A stretch of DNA of 63,761 nt, filler included, from Octopus bimaculoides (taxonomy: Eukaryota): the NCBI RefSeq assembly GCF_001194135.2. It is 5 parts of 4 records of this genome, joined end to end, with 100 filler letters (N's around TTAATTAATTAA, not from the genome) between each part and the next. Parts side by side here need not be neighbours in the genome. Positions count along the whole stretch, not along the records: positions 36,325 to 44,745 come from NC_068982.1; positions 44,846 to 52,258 come from NC_068999.1; 3 more parts are not named here. One strand, 5' to 3'. Below are positions 38,804 to 51,800 of this stretch, in pieces. Under the pieces are notes generated by a model. The model was not told the DNA's origin and did no database searches. It was given only the letters and a program-made list of their open reading frames with translations. Numbering within the stretch: the first letter of the stretch is position 1; the number at the start of each line of letters is the position of its first letter. The translations under genes were made by a program, and so were the position numbers.

Positions 38804-39121
38804 NNNNNNNNNNNNNNNNNNNNNNNNNNNNNNNNNNNNNNNNNNNNNNNNNNNNNNNNNNNNNNNNNNNNNNNNNNNNNNNNNNNNNNNNNNNNNNNNN
38901 NNNNNNNNNNNNNNNNNNNNNNNNNNNNNNNNNNNNNNNNNNNNNNNNNNNNNNNNNNNNNNNNNNNNNNNNNNNNNNNNNNNNNNNNNNNNNNNNNNNN
39001 NNNNNNNNNNNNNNNNNNNNNNNNNNNNNNNNNNNNNNNNNNNNNNNNNNNNNNNNNNNNNNNNNNNNNNNNNNNNNNNNNNNNNNNNNNNNNNNNNNNN
39101 NNNNNNNNNNNNTATATATAT

Positions 39122-39436
39122 GTTGTTGTTGGCACTCCGTCGCTTACGACGACGAAGGTTCCAGTTGATCCGACCAACGGAACAGCCTGCTCGGGAAATT
39201 AACGTGCAACTGGCTGAGCACTCCACACACACGTGTACCCTTATTGTAGTTCTCGTGGATATTCAGCGTGACACAGAGTGACAAGGCTGGCCTTTTTTAA
39301 TTACAGGCACAACAGAAACCGGTAGTAAGAGTGAGAGAAAGTTGTGGTGAATGAGTACAGCAGGGTTTGCCTACATCTGCCGGAGTCTCGTGGAGCTCAC
39401 AACACTCACAACGCCCGGTCTGGGAATCGAAACCGC
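39122..39436 (-). mobile_element. SINE family B, 5'-truncated and fused to an RTE fragment
   Basis: SINE body present, head lost just upstream of the B-box. Confidence 0.8.
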
Positions 39437-40760
39437 TTACTAGGTCTTCTCAAGCACATCATATCTGCAAAGGTCTCGGTCGCTTGTCTCTCCTTCCGTG
39501 AGGCACCTCATCCCAGATCTTCCTGGGTCTACCTCCTTCACAAGTTCCCTCCACTGTTAGGGTTTGACAATTTTCACAGAACTGTCCTTATCCATAAGCA
39601 AGACATGACGATACAAGCGGAGTCGTCTCTTTTGCACAGCAATTCTGATGCTTCTTATGCCCAACTTTTCTCGCAGGGGGATTACACTCTGTCGTGTATG
39701 CACACTGACATTACTCATCCAGTGGAACATACTAGCTTCATTCCTTACAAGCTTCCGCATGTCCTCAGCAGTCACACCCCATCTTTCACTGCTGTGTAAC
39801 ATGGCTGTTCGCACACATGGGTCATACAATCTACCTGTCACTCTGAGTGAGGGGCCTTTTGTTATCGGTAGAGGTATGAGCTCTCTTAACTTTGCCCAGG
39901 CTATTCCTATTCTAGCAGCTACGCACTCAAAGCATCTACCCCCGCTACTAACTTGGTCGCATAGGTAACGGAAGCTATCAACTACTTCTATCTTTTCTCC
40001 CTGGCATGTGACGGAAGCTGTTTTCTGCACAATTTCAGTGTTTGTTGCCCTGTGCATCCACCACACAGTAAAACTATCTTCTCAGTTAGCCTTCCTTTGA
40101 TATTGCTGCACTTCTCCTCTTATGTATACATAGCTTACACCGAGTACATCTTATGGAATTTCTATCTACGCTTTTTCTTCAGATTGAGCAGGGCTATTTA
40201 CCTGAAGGGATTTGATTTGTCAGCCTTCTTACATACTAAGACTTGAGTTTTGCTCGATTGACTCCAAGGCCGTTCGATTCTAGACCTTACTTCCACACGT
40301 GAAACGTCTCTAGTTCTGATAGCGACTCAACTATTAGAGCAATGTCATCAGCATAGAGGAGCTCCCAGAAGTATCCTGTCTTGAATTCCTCTGTTATTTC
40401 CTGGAGGAATATGATGAATAAGAGGGAAATGAGGACTGAATCTTGCTGAACTCCTTACCCCTACCCGAAATTCTTCACTGTACTCGTTGCCAACCCTCAT
40501 CTTACTGACATCATCCCTGGACATGGCTTGTACAGTTCTCACTAGCTACCCATCTATTTCTAGTTTCGGCATTGACCATCAGATAAGGGATCGGGGGATC
40601 CTATCAAAGGCTGTTTTCCATGTCAATGAAAGCTAAGTAGGGAGGTATTTATTTGGTTATGTATTTCTGGTCTGTCTTTCCAGAAATATAGCATCAGTAG
40701 TACTTCTCCCCGTCAAAATCTAAAGCTGCATCTTGTCTAAACTAACTCTTTCCCTAATTA
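39437..40760 (-). mobile_element. RTE LINE fragment (RT C-terminal half), internally deleted
   Basis: VVDSFRYLCDQVSSGG...RLYDPCVRTAMLH; homologous to 49000-50260. Confidence 0.9.
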
Positions 40761-41382
40761 GTTGGGCTACATATATATTTATAAGTATAATTACATGTAT
40801 ATATGTATATATACACATGAGTGTCCTTGTGTGTGTGTATGTGTGTATGTGTTTGTATGTGTGAATACCATGAAAAACCTACACCCGTAGGTATACCGAT
40901 CTATTACGCTGAGACGATGAATATAAACAACGTGGACGCAAACGGAAACAATAAAATAATAATGCTTTGGATTTCTTGTATTGAAAAAAACGTTAGAAGT
41001 GTTGACCATACAAGCTGACCTGTACTCTATTTAATGACAACCGAAATAATTAAAAACGAAAATGACCTCAGCGACATTTGAACGTAAAATCTCAAACTAT
41101 ACTCCACAGGAATTTTGTATGAATTCTCTAAATCCAAAGCCATTTTCCAATAATATATTATGATCTATATCTATTCGATCGGTCACACCTATCCTGGTTG
41201 TACATTTACCGTTCTGCTTGCACAGAACTAATCAGGATTAAGGCGTACATGAAATGCATTACATTAGTTACGTAGAAGTTACATCTTTGTAGAAAACACA
41301 CATATATGTATTTGCACAAGATTTCAATCTGACATTCATAATTATGAATACTTGTACGTATGTACGTATATAGGTATATACG

Positions 41383-41417
<35 letters not shown>

Positions 41418-42200
41418 NNNNNNNNNNNNNNNNNNNNNNNNNNNNNNNNNNNNNNNNNNNNNNNNNNNNNNNNNNNNNNNNNNNNNNNNNNNNNNNNNNN
41501 NNNNNNNNNNNNNNNNNNNNNNNNNNNNNNNNNNNNNNNNNNNNNNNNNNNNNNNNNNNNNNNNNNNNNNNNNNNNNNNNNNNNNNNNNNNNNNNNNNNN
41601 NNNNNNNNNNNNNNNNNNNNNNNNNNNNNNNNNNNNNNNNNNNNNNNNNNNNNNNNNNNNNNNNNNNNNNNNNNNNNNNNNNNNNNNNNNNNNNNNNNNN
41701 NNNNNNNNNNNNNNNNNNNNNNNNNNNNNNNNNNNNNNNNNNNNNNNNNNNNNNNNNNNNNNNNNNNNNNNNNNNNNNNNNNNNNNNNNNNNNNNNNNNN
41801 NNNNNNNNNNNNNNNNNNNNNNNNNNNNNNNNNNNNNNNNNNNNNNNNNNNNNNNNNNNNNNNNNNNNNNNNNNNNNNNNNNNNNNNNNNNNNNNNNNNN
41901 NNNNNNNNNNNNNNNNNNNNNNNNNNNNNNNNNNNNNNNNNNNNNNNNNNNNNNNNNNNNNNNNNNNNNNNNNNNNNNNNNNNNNNNNNNNNNNNNNNNN
42001 NNNNNNNNNNNNNNNNNNNNNNNNNNNNNNNNNNNNNNNNNNNNNNNNNNNNNNNNNNNNNNNNNNNNNNNNNNNNNNNNNNNNNNNNNNNNNNNNNNNN
42101 NNNNNNNNNNNNNNNNNNNNNNNNNNNNNNNNNNNATTATTATTATTATTATTATTATCATCATCATCATCATCATCATCATTATTATTATTATTATTAC

Positions 42201-42255
<55 letters not shown>

Positions 42256-43050
42256 GTCTTCATCATTATTACTATCGTCTTCGTCGTCGACATCAGCATA
42301 ATCTGCATCAGTAACCTCATAATGATATGCATAACAATGAATAACGTATACGTCTTCCCAATGTTGAAAAGGAAAAAAAAGATCTGCACAGTTGCAGATA
42401 CAGCCGCATATTCTCACACATAATCATCGACATAAAGAGAGAGAAAGCAAAAAGAGGATATACTGTAATCTGTTGTTATGTATGTGTTTAACATCTGTAA
42501 GCATTCAAATACATCTGCATATCCAATTTGCTGTAGATATGCATAAGGCATATCTGACAAGCAGCACGGACATAATCCATAGCCAATGTGTAAAGCGTAT
42601 CTGGGCATGTATTTGACTATATTTTATAAAACAGTACCTTAATATATATAAGTGATCACATATCACATATTGTAAACTACTATTCTGCTCCTAAGAACTT
42701 AATTTTTTTGCGTAGAATACAAAAAAGTACATCTTTTAAAGTATCCGGTTTTAGACTGTGCAATATATTCTAATACTTTATATGAATTATAAATCCGAGC
42801 AAGAGGGCATAGTGTTCGTCCTTACATACATACATACATACACACATACATACATACATACGTGCATACACTTTACACTGCTGTTAAAGTTAGGATGAAC
42901 AAAAAAAAACAAATGTAGTCCATTCAGTGAGAAATAAATATAATTTAATATTCAGTTACAGAAGAGATAATTTGCATATATATANNNNNNNNNNNNNNNN
43001 NNNNNNNNNNNNNNNNNNNNNNNNNNNNNNNNNNNNNNNNNNNNNNNNNN

Positions 43051-43097
<47 letters not shown>

Positions 43098-43143
43098 CTC
43101 ACACAAACAGACTTATGCATAAATTCACAAACACACGCACCTT

Positions 43144-43177
<34 letters not shown>

Positions 43178-44693
43178 CACACATATATATATGAGGCAAC
43201 GAGAGACACTTCCGTATGATAGCTAAATGTGAGAGAAATAGTCACAAGAACTTCCTAATATCTTACGCATGTATGTATGTACGTATCTACGAAACAACCT
43301 ATAATGTTCTCACTAGTCCTCATGTTGTGGAAAAAAGCATCAGTATACTGTGTAAAAGGATTGCTGTTGGTTAGGGCATCGAGCATTTAAGACAAAACCA
43401 ATGTACACGTTGAACCTCTTTTGCAGTCGGATCCTGTAGAACTGTTCAAACATTGCCGGCATGGAAGATTCATTTTAAGTATCAATGATCACAATGATTA
43501 CACACACATAAACACACACACCCACACATAAACACACGTATGTATGTATGTATGTATGTATGTATGTATGTGTGTATGTATCTATGTATGTATGCATATA
43601 TATATGTATGTGTGTATATATACACAAATTCATATGCCAGCCAAACGCTGCACTAATCCATCACTATACACAAAATACAATGCCATTGCTAATTACTGTC
43701 GTTATCATACATACGTTAGAATATTGAAATAGAAATCAGAGATAATACAAAGTGGGAAATATGCACAGACATGGCTTCTGAAGATAAGCTTATCAGAAGG
43801 GTGGCAATAATTATAGAAATGACTTAATGGTAAAACTAGAAATAAACATAGTGAAAAAGAAAAATGTGTGAGAGCGTCATGCAAAAGATGATAAATAAAA
43901 CAAAATTAGTGAAAAGAGACGAGCAGTCATTGATACAATGTTGTTGATATCCTTCATGGACTGAACTTATCAGATTATCAAAGAGTACCTTGTCATCTGC
44001 TTTCTAGACATAGTGAATGTGGATGTGTCCTTCTAAGGTGTCCTTTCCTTTCTTAATGATTGTAATGTGATATCATTACTGTTTCTAGTAAATCTGGCTG
44101 TTGATTCTAGCAGGAACAGCAACCGCATGGTCGCTTCATATTTTATTTCATTTCAAAATTCTGTAAAATGCCAAGGTGATATATATACTACGGCAAATAA
44201 AACTTGTAAGTTCTCAAAACAAGCAACCAATATCTAAATAAATCATAGATTAGATAAATAAATACGTAAATACATAAATAAATATATACATAAACGACTG
44301 ACAGTAAGCATATAACGGAATGAATGAATGAATGAATGAATGAATGAATTTATGAATAAATGAAAGGTTGAAAGACAGTGGCGAAAGAAAAGGCTAGACA
44401 GGAAAAGGATAATATTACAGGAAATACAATCGCAATTTATATATAATCATAATAGTGTGATAGTCGCTGGTTCTTCTAAAGCTCGTTCAATATGATTTCA
44501 ATAGTAACAAATGCACTATGATTAATTGCCAAGCTGTAGAGAGCAAGCTATTTCTGAAAGAACAATACAACATATGTCAAGAACCGTACTAGGTAGTCTG
44601 CCTTTATATCATAAATGTCACACTAGTCAGACAGTGACTTGTAGAAGTTATTGCGTCATGCAAACGAGGCTATGTAAACTTCCCTGTACATAT

Positions 44694-44745
<52 letters not shown>

Positions 44746-45189
44746 NNNNNNNNNNNNNNNNNNNNNNNNNNNNNNNNNNNNNNNNNNNNTTAATTAATTA
44801 ANNNNNNNNNNNNNNNNNNNNNNNNNNNNNNNNNNNNNNNNNNNNTATATATATATAGATATATATATATATAAAATATATATACTTCTGCCTCATTCAC
44901 TACTAGTGCTTTATTTTCCCCATCTACAATTAGCTAAGTTATTTCTTCTTAGTAATGCCACACAGGTTGTTGTTCGTACCTCTGGTGACTTCAACTAAGT
45001 ATTTCTATTCTTCTTGTTAACGTGTATGTTATTATCTTTATTACTTCTCAAATAAATATCCTGTACCCTGCTTTACCATTAATATATATCTCTATGTAAA
45101 CAAACGTTCTAACGGTCACTGACCATGTAACATCTTTGCTCGTAAGTTACCTCATCATTTCGTTTTTGTCTTGCTATATGTTTATTATG

Positions 45190-45280
45190 AACTCCCTGAA
45201 GAGAAATATATGAGGAATCCCAGCAGCTCTTACTTCCTTGTGAAGGAGCTCTCATTTATTTTGAAACATGTGTAGGAATT
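45190..45280 (+). ncRNA. Type I hammerhead ribozyme motif with long stem II
   Basis: aacucc-CUGAAGA(45196-45202)-gaaauauaugag[36 nt]cucauuuauuuu-GAAAC(45263-45267)-augu-GUA-ggaauu. Confidence 0.65.
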
Positions 45281-45498
45281 AAAGAAACTTTTATTTATAT
45301 GTGTTTTGCTCCATTTATTATTATTATTCATATCTTCTCAAAATGTATCACTTTAACTTGGTATCTCTACCTGTAAAACGGCTGTGATATCTTGTTTTTT
45401 AGTGTAATTTTGCTACCTCTGGTAACTATTAACATATTTACATTATCAAAGGTTTTTTTAATAACTGAGATAATATTAATATATACATAAACTAATAT

Positions 45499-45550
<52 letters not shown>

Positions 45551-45871
45551 GTGTACATACATACATAACATATATATAATATATGTATTTACTTTCTCTT
45601 AGTTAATAATTAACTCGGACAAAATAAATTGGTTAATAGATACCAAGGTAGCAAAGATCACAAAATGACTGTGGTGTAACTCCTGTTTATGAGGTAGAAA
45701 CTCCTTGTTATTTTGGGTACTTGAGTAAATACATAAATTTAGTAAATGGAGTAAAACGCATATGTATGTGTGTGCACATTCATGTATATGTATGAAATTA
45801 TATATGTGTAGGTGTGTGTGTATATATATGTATGAATATATATGTATATGTGTGTGTATATGGATGGATGT

Positions 45872-46025
45872 ATCATCATCATCGTTTAACGTCCGCTTTC
45901 CATGCTAGCATGGGTTGGACGATTTGACTGAGGACTGGTGAAACCGGATGGCAACACCAGGCTCCAATCTAATTTGGCAGAGTTTCTACAGCTGGATGCC
46001 CTTCTTAACGCCAACCACTCAAAGA
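45872..46025 (-). mobile_element. 5'-truncated RTE 3' end with (GAT)n tail
   Basis: Near-identical to 47588-47740 and 63646-63761. Confidence 0.85.
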
Positions 46026-46396
46026 GTATATATGTATATATATATATATATATATGTATACAGGTGTATGTATGTATATGTATGTGTATATATGCATATA
46101 CATGTATATATGATTATACGCATTTATGTCAACACTATTTGCAGAAATACAAGATTAACTCCCCTTTACGGTCCCATTATAAATAAAACACAATCCTCTC
46201 TAATTTTTATCGGATTTAAATCATCTTATTATCTCCCAATTTTATACTCTAAATTTTCTTTTTTTTTTCTTTCCTTCTTTTCTTCCTTTCTTGCCCAACC
46301 TCCAATGGCTTTTTCAAATAAATTAGGTAACAATCTTCTCTAACTACAGTTATCATATTCGGTTAAAATGTCTTACGGCTAAGCTGGTTCCCATGC

Positions 46397-46486
46397 ATTT
46401 CCCTGAAGAGAAGATTACAATCTTATGAACATCACCTATTCCTATGGAAGGTATAATTTGTAATCTTCGAAACATATGTTGGAAAT
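46397..46486 (+). ncRNA. Type I hammerhead ribozyme motif, fully paired
   Basis: auuucc-CUGAAGA(46403-46409)-gaagauuacaa[37 nt]uuguaaucuuc-GAAAC-auau-GUU-ggaaau; 6-bp stem I, 11-bp stem II, palindromic stem III ACAUAUGU; predicted cleavage after 46480. Confidence 0.8.
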
Positions 46487-46629
46487 AAAAGTATTCAGTT
46501 AACATATGTGTTTTACTCCAATTACTAAATTTATATATTATATGTATGTATGCCTGTAATTGTTTCACTCTAATAGTTTCAGTATTAAAGTGAAACTATG
46601 AAAGTGAAAATATCTGACAGAACAATAGA

Positions 46630-46800
46630 GAGATGTTGTTTCACTTCTGACATCTCTTAAAGACCATATATGACTCGATAATTTTGTCGTTTTTCTTTTA
46701 TCCCAGTGCCTAAAACTCAAGGTGTGATTATTGTATCTGGCCTTGAAGTTACCCTCTGTGAGGCCCACGTATTTCTTCGTGGACACTGCATTCTGTGTGA
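46630..46800 (-). mobile_element. Penelope-like element GIY-YIG endonuclease remnant
   Basis: KKYVGLTEGNFKARYNNHTLSFRHWDKRKTTKLSSHIWSLRD matches the PLE GIY-YIG pattern YIG.T...FK.R...H..SF.....T.LS.HIW.LK. Confidence 0.8.
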
Positions 46801-47488
46801 TATGGAAAGATGGCTTATCTGGAAAGGCAGCTTGGATCCTACCACATGTCTAAATTCAAAGACTGAACTCTTCAGATCATGTCCACATGTGACCAAATAT
46901 TTGCTACATTTTTGGTCCTCCTGAGACTACAGATTGGACTTGCTTCCTATTACATATATATCTTTTTTTGTGCCTCTATAATTATTTCTTATACTTTATA
47001 TATATATTTTTTATATATATTTTTTTATATTTTGTGCTGATGGGCGGCACTGATAGGCTCCCATATTAAGTTCTTTCACCTCTTTCACTTTTTTCACTCT
47101 TTACATGAATCTTATATTTTTATTTTTTATTTTTATATTTCGATATTATAATATAATTTTAATTATTTTTAGGTTTTTACATAGGTATAGGGTTAAGGGT
47201 TTTTGTATTTTCCCACATATAGTTTTTCTGTTTTTTTTCTCCCCTCCAAACCTTTTTTTCCGTGCGCTTAAAGACACGCACAAGGAACAGTATATGTGCG
47301 AGGATACGTGCACACATAGATATAAACGTACGCACATTGAGGTATGTGCGTGCGTGTATGATATACGCAAATTTAGACGGGTTTTGACACCACACAATAA
47401 TTTCCCTTTGTTTATGTTTATGGTTGTTTATTTCCCTTTGTTTTTGTTTCCATAACGGTTATTTTTCAAATAGAATCTCCGGTGGCTG

Positions 47489-47529
47489 GATAACTGAAGA
47501 GATGGGCATCGGAAACTCGGAGTTTTATC
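47489..47529 (+). ncRNA. Minimal type I hammerhead ribozyme motif
   Basis: gauaa-CUGAAGA(47494-47500)-gaug gg cauc-g-GAAAC-ucgga-GUU-uuauc; perfect 5-bp stem I, one extra G before G12. Confidence 0.55.
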
Positions 47530-47999
47530 ATGGCTACTGAATAAATGTCACATATTTTTACGGATATGTATATATATATATATATATATCATCATCGTCG
47601 TCGTTTAACGTCCGCTTTCCATGCTAGCATGGGTTGGACGATTTGACTGAGGACTGGTGAAACCAGATGGCTATACCAGGCTCCAATCTGATTTGGCAGA
47701 GTTTCTACAGCTGGATGCCCTTCCTAACGCCGACCACTCAGAGAGTGTAGTGGGTGCTTTTTACGTGCCACCGGCACGCTCAAAATGGTGTATTTTATGT
47801 GCTACCTGCACAAGAGCCAGTCTAGGGGCACTGGCAACGATCTCTCTTGAAAGTCCTTACACATGCCACGGGCACAAGTGCCAGAAAGGCGACACTGGAC
47901 ACAGGTGCCTTCACGATTTCGCTTTCCCCAATAAGTCTTTGCAAGCTGAGTTTCGTATCCAATGAAAGAGACAACGTTGGCATGGGTGCCAGTCATCGA

Positions 48000-48241
48000 A
48001 TTTAGTTCGATTTCACTTGCCTCAACAACTCTTCATAAGCAGAGTTTAGTGTCCAATTTACTCGATTTCGATTTCACTTGCCTCAACAGGTCTTTGCAAG
48101 TGGAGTTTAGTGTCCAATTTAACTCGATTTCGATTTCACTTGCCTCAACAGGTCTTTGCAAGTGGAGTTTAGTGTCCAATTTAACTCGATTTCGATTTCA
48201 CTTGCCTCAACAGGTCTTCGGAAGTGGAGTTTAGTGTCCAA
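48000..48241. repeat. 62-bp tandem repeat x4 inside the RTE 3' UTR (first block)
   Basis: gtccaat at 48051, 48112, 48174, 48236. Confidence 0.9.
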
Positions 48242-48670
48242 TGAAGGAAACTACGCATAAGTGGACGGGCTGAGGCCTTAGATTTAGGACTCACTTGGCT
48301 TGCCAGGTCTTCTCACGCACAGCATTTGGCAGAGTTTCTACAGCTGGATACCCTTCCCAATGCCAACCACTCAGAGAGTGTAGTGGGTGCTTTTACGTGC
48401 CATCGGCACGAAGGCCAGTCAGGCGGTACTGGCAACAGCCACGTTCAAAATGGTGTATTTTATGTGTCACCCGCACAAGAGCCAGTCTAGGAGCACTGGC
48501 AACGATCTTGCTCGAAAGTCCTTACACATGCAGCGGGCACAAGTGCCAGAAAGGCGACGCTGGGCACAGGTGCCATCACGATTTCGATTTCGCTTGCCCT
48601 AATAAGTCTTTGCAAGCTGAGTTCCGTGTCTAATGAAGGAGACGACGTTGGCATGGGTGCCAGTTGTCGA

Positions 48671-48858
48671 ATTTAACTCGATTTCAATTTCACTTGCCTC
48701 AACCGGTCTTCGCAAGTGGAGTTTAGTGTCCAATTTAACTCGATTTCGATTTCACTTGCCTCAACAGGTCTTCGCTAGTGGAGTTTAGTGTCCAATTTAA
48801 CTCGATTTCGATTTCACTTGCCTCAACAGGTCTTCGCAAGTGGAGTTTAGTGTCCAAT
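48671..48858. repeat. 62-bp tandem repeat x3 inside the RTE 3' UTR (second block)
   Basis: Same unit as 48000-48241. Confidence 0.9.
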
Positions 48859-51800
48859 GAAGGAAGGTACGCATAAATGGACCGGCTGAGGCCTTAGATT
48901 TACGTCTCACTTGGCTTGCCGAGTCTTCTCACGCACAGCATATTTCCAAAGGTCTCGGTCAGAAGTCATCGCCTCGGTGAGGCCCAATGTTCGAAGGTCG
49001 TGCCTCACCACCTCATCCCAGGTCTTCCTGGGCCTACCTCTTCCACAGGTTCACTCAACTGTTAGGGTGTGGCACTTTTTCACACAGCTATCCTCATCCA
49101 TTCTCACCACATGTCCATACCAGCGCAATCGTCTCTCTTGCACACCACAACTGATGCTTCGTAAGTTTTCTCTCAAGGTACTGATACTCTGTCTAGTATG
49201 CACACTGACATTACACATCCATTGGAGCATACTGGCTTCATTCCTTGTGAGCCTACACATGTCCTCAGCAGTCACAGCCCATGTTTCACTGCAATGAAGC
49301 ATGGCTGTTCGTACACATGCGTCATACAGTCTGCCTTTAACTCTGAGTGAGAGGCCCCTTGTCACCAGCAGAGGTAAGAGCTCTCTGAACTTTGCCCAGG
49401 CTATTCTTATTTTAGCAGCTACACTTTCAGCGCACCCTCCCCCACTACTAACTTGGTCACCTAGATAGCGGAAGCTATCAACTACGTCTAGTTTTTGAGC
49501 CTGGAATGTGGCAGAATTTGTTTCCTGCACATTTACAGTGTTTATAGCTCCTGAACATCTGCTACATACAAAAACTAACTTCCTAGTTAACCTTCTTTGA
49601 TATTGCTGCACCTCTTAAGTGTCCATAGCTTGCACTGGGAGCATCTTATAGAGTTTCCACCCACGCCTTTTCTACAGATCGAGCAGGGCCATCTACCTGA
49701 AGGGGCTTGTGTGTTGTCTACATTCCTACTTATTAGGACTTTGGTTTTTGCTAGGTTGACTCTAAGGCCCTTTGATTCTAGTCCTTGCTTCCACACCAGA
49801 AACTTCTCCTCTAGTTCTGATAATGACTCAGCAATTAGTGCAAGGTCATCAGCATAGAGGAGCTCCCAGGGGCATCCTGTCTTGAATTCCTCTGTTATTG
49901 CTTGGAGGACTATGATAAATAGGAGGGGGCTGAGGACTGAACCTCGGTGGACCCCTACCTCTACCTGGAATTCTTCACTGTACTCGTTGCCAACCCTCAT
50001 CTTACAGACAGCGTCTCTGTACATGGCTCGCATAGCTCTCACTAACCATTCTTCTATCCCTAGTTTCCTCATTGGCTACCAGATAAGGGATCGGGGGACC
50101 CTGTCAAAGGTTTTTTCCATGTCAACAAAAGCCAGGTAGAGAGGTTTATCTTTGGCTAGGTATTTCTCCTGCAGCTGCCTTACCAGAAATATAGCATCAG
50201 TGGTGCTTTTCCCTGGCACAAACCCAAACTGCATCTCTCCCTAATCAGTTGGGCTATGACCCTCTCCGTGACTTTCATTACCTGATCCAACAACTGTAAT
50301 TATTTGTATCTAAAGCGCCACCTTTACCTTTGTAGTAGTTGACTATGGTGCTGCTACACCAGTCATTGAGTATGACTCCTTCATGTACCACCTGGTTAAC
50401 AATACGGGTGACTAGGCTATAGCCGACACTGCCAGATATTTTGAGCATCTCTGCAGTGATTCCTGAAGGGCCAGGGGCTTTCCTTGTCTTCATACTCTTA
50501 ATAGCTTTATCTACTATAGGACTGTCAACTCGAATTGCTGGTCCCTCTGTTGGGTCGACATTCAGCAGAGACTCTTTCTCCCATTCATTCTCTTTATTGA
50601 GCAACCTTTCATAGTGGCGTCTCCGTACCTCTTTCTTTGCAGCCTCGTTTAGTGCAAGCGTACCATCATCCATGCGAACACATTTCTCTCCCGCGACATC
50701 AAAATTCTCTCTCACACACTGTCTTGCAACACGAAATACCTCAAGTCTTTGGTCCTCACGGCGCAGAACATTGGCAAATTTTTTCTCATCTACTTCCCCT
50801 CTGGCTAAATAAACTTGTTGTCTAGCTTCCTTTCTGGCAGTCTGAGACAATTCCCTGCTACCACCGTTCTTCCAGTCTTTCCAAGCCTGTTTCTTTTGTC
50901 TAATAACCCTGTCAACAGCGTTGTTCCATCACCACGTTATGTTCGGTCGAGAGGGGACCTTGCACCATCCACAGATCTGGTCAGTGGCCCTCAGTAGGTT
51001 GTCCCGTAGAAACGTCCAGTTGTCCTCTACATTGCGTGAAGCTACATCCCCCTCTATTTCGTCATAGGCTTCGAGTAGTAAATCTCTAAGTCTCTGTCCA
51101 TTCGCAGGATCTTTGAGCTTCCAGACCCTTCTCCTACAAGTTGGTCATCTTCTCGGCAACCACTTAGTCCTGATCCTGAAGTCACTAACTACTAATCTAT
51201 GTTGTGGGGTACATTCTTCGCCTGGGAAGGTTTTGGCATTTATAAGCAGCCATCTTTCCCTTTTTCTGGCGAGGATGTAGTCAATTTGACTAGTATGTCT
51301 GCCAGAACAGTAGGTGATTAGGTGACTCGTAGGTTTCCTGAAGTTAGTATTGCAGACCATAAGGTCATTGGCATCACAGAACTCCAGCAGTCTGGTCCCC
51401 TCCTCATTGCGGGAACCAAAACCATAGCCTCCATGTACGCCATAGAAGCCCCCTGAATGTTGTCCAACATGACCATTGAAGTCACCAGCCACAAAGAGAA
51501 GGTCCCTGTCATTCGTCGACGAGGTAGTTTGCAAGAAGGTGTCATAAAATTGGTCTTTCTGTCCGTCAGGTAGCCCAGGCTGAGGGGCATAGGCCGAGAT
51601 AATGGTTACTAACCCATGTTGAAGGACTAATCCAATCTTAAGTATTCTATCGGATACCCTAATTACCTTGATTACCTTATCCACCCATTTCTCTGCAAGA
51701 AGTATACCCACACCCCCGACCCCGTCTGTGTTCCCTGCCCAGAAAATCTTGTACCTGTCTTCTTTGCCTGTGAGGAACCTAGCGGAACCTCCTCTCCACC

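Noticed and set aside
43786-43800. CUGAAGA followed by a hairpin
   Set aside because: Lacks the GAAA-NUH half of the core.
48000-48858. 62-bp hairpin repeats resembling a CRISPR array
   Set aside because: Units abut with no unique spacers, lie inside a LINE 3' UTR, and there are no cas genes in this eukaryotic context.
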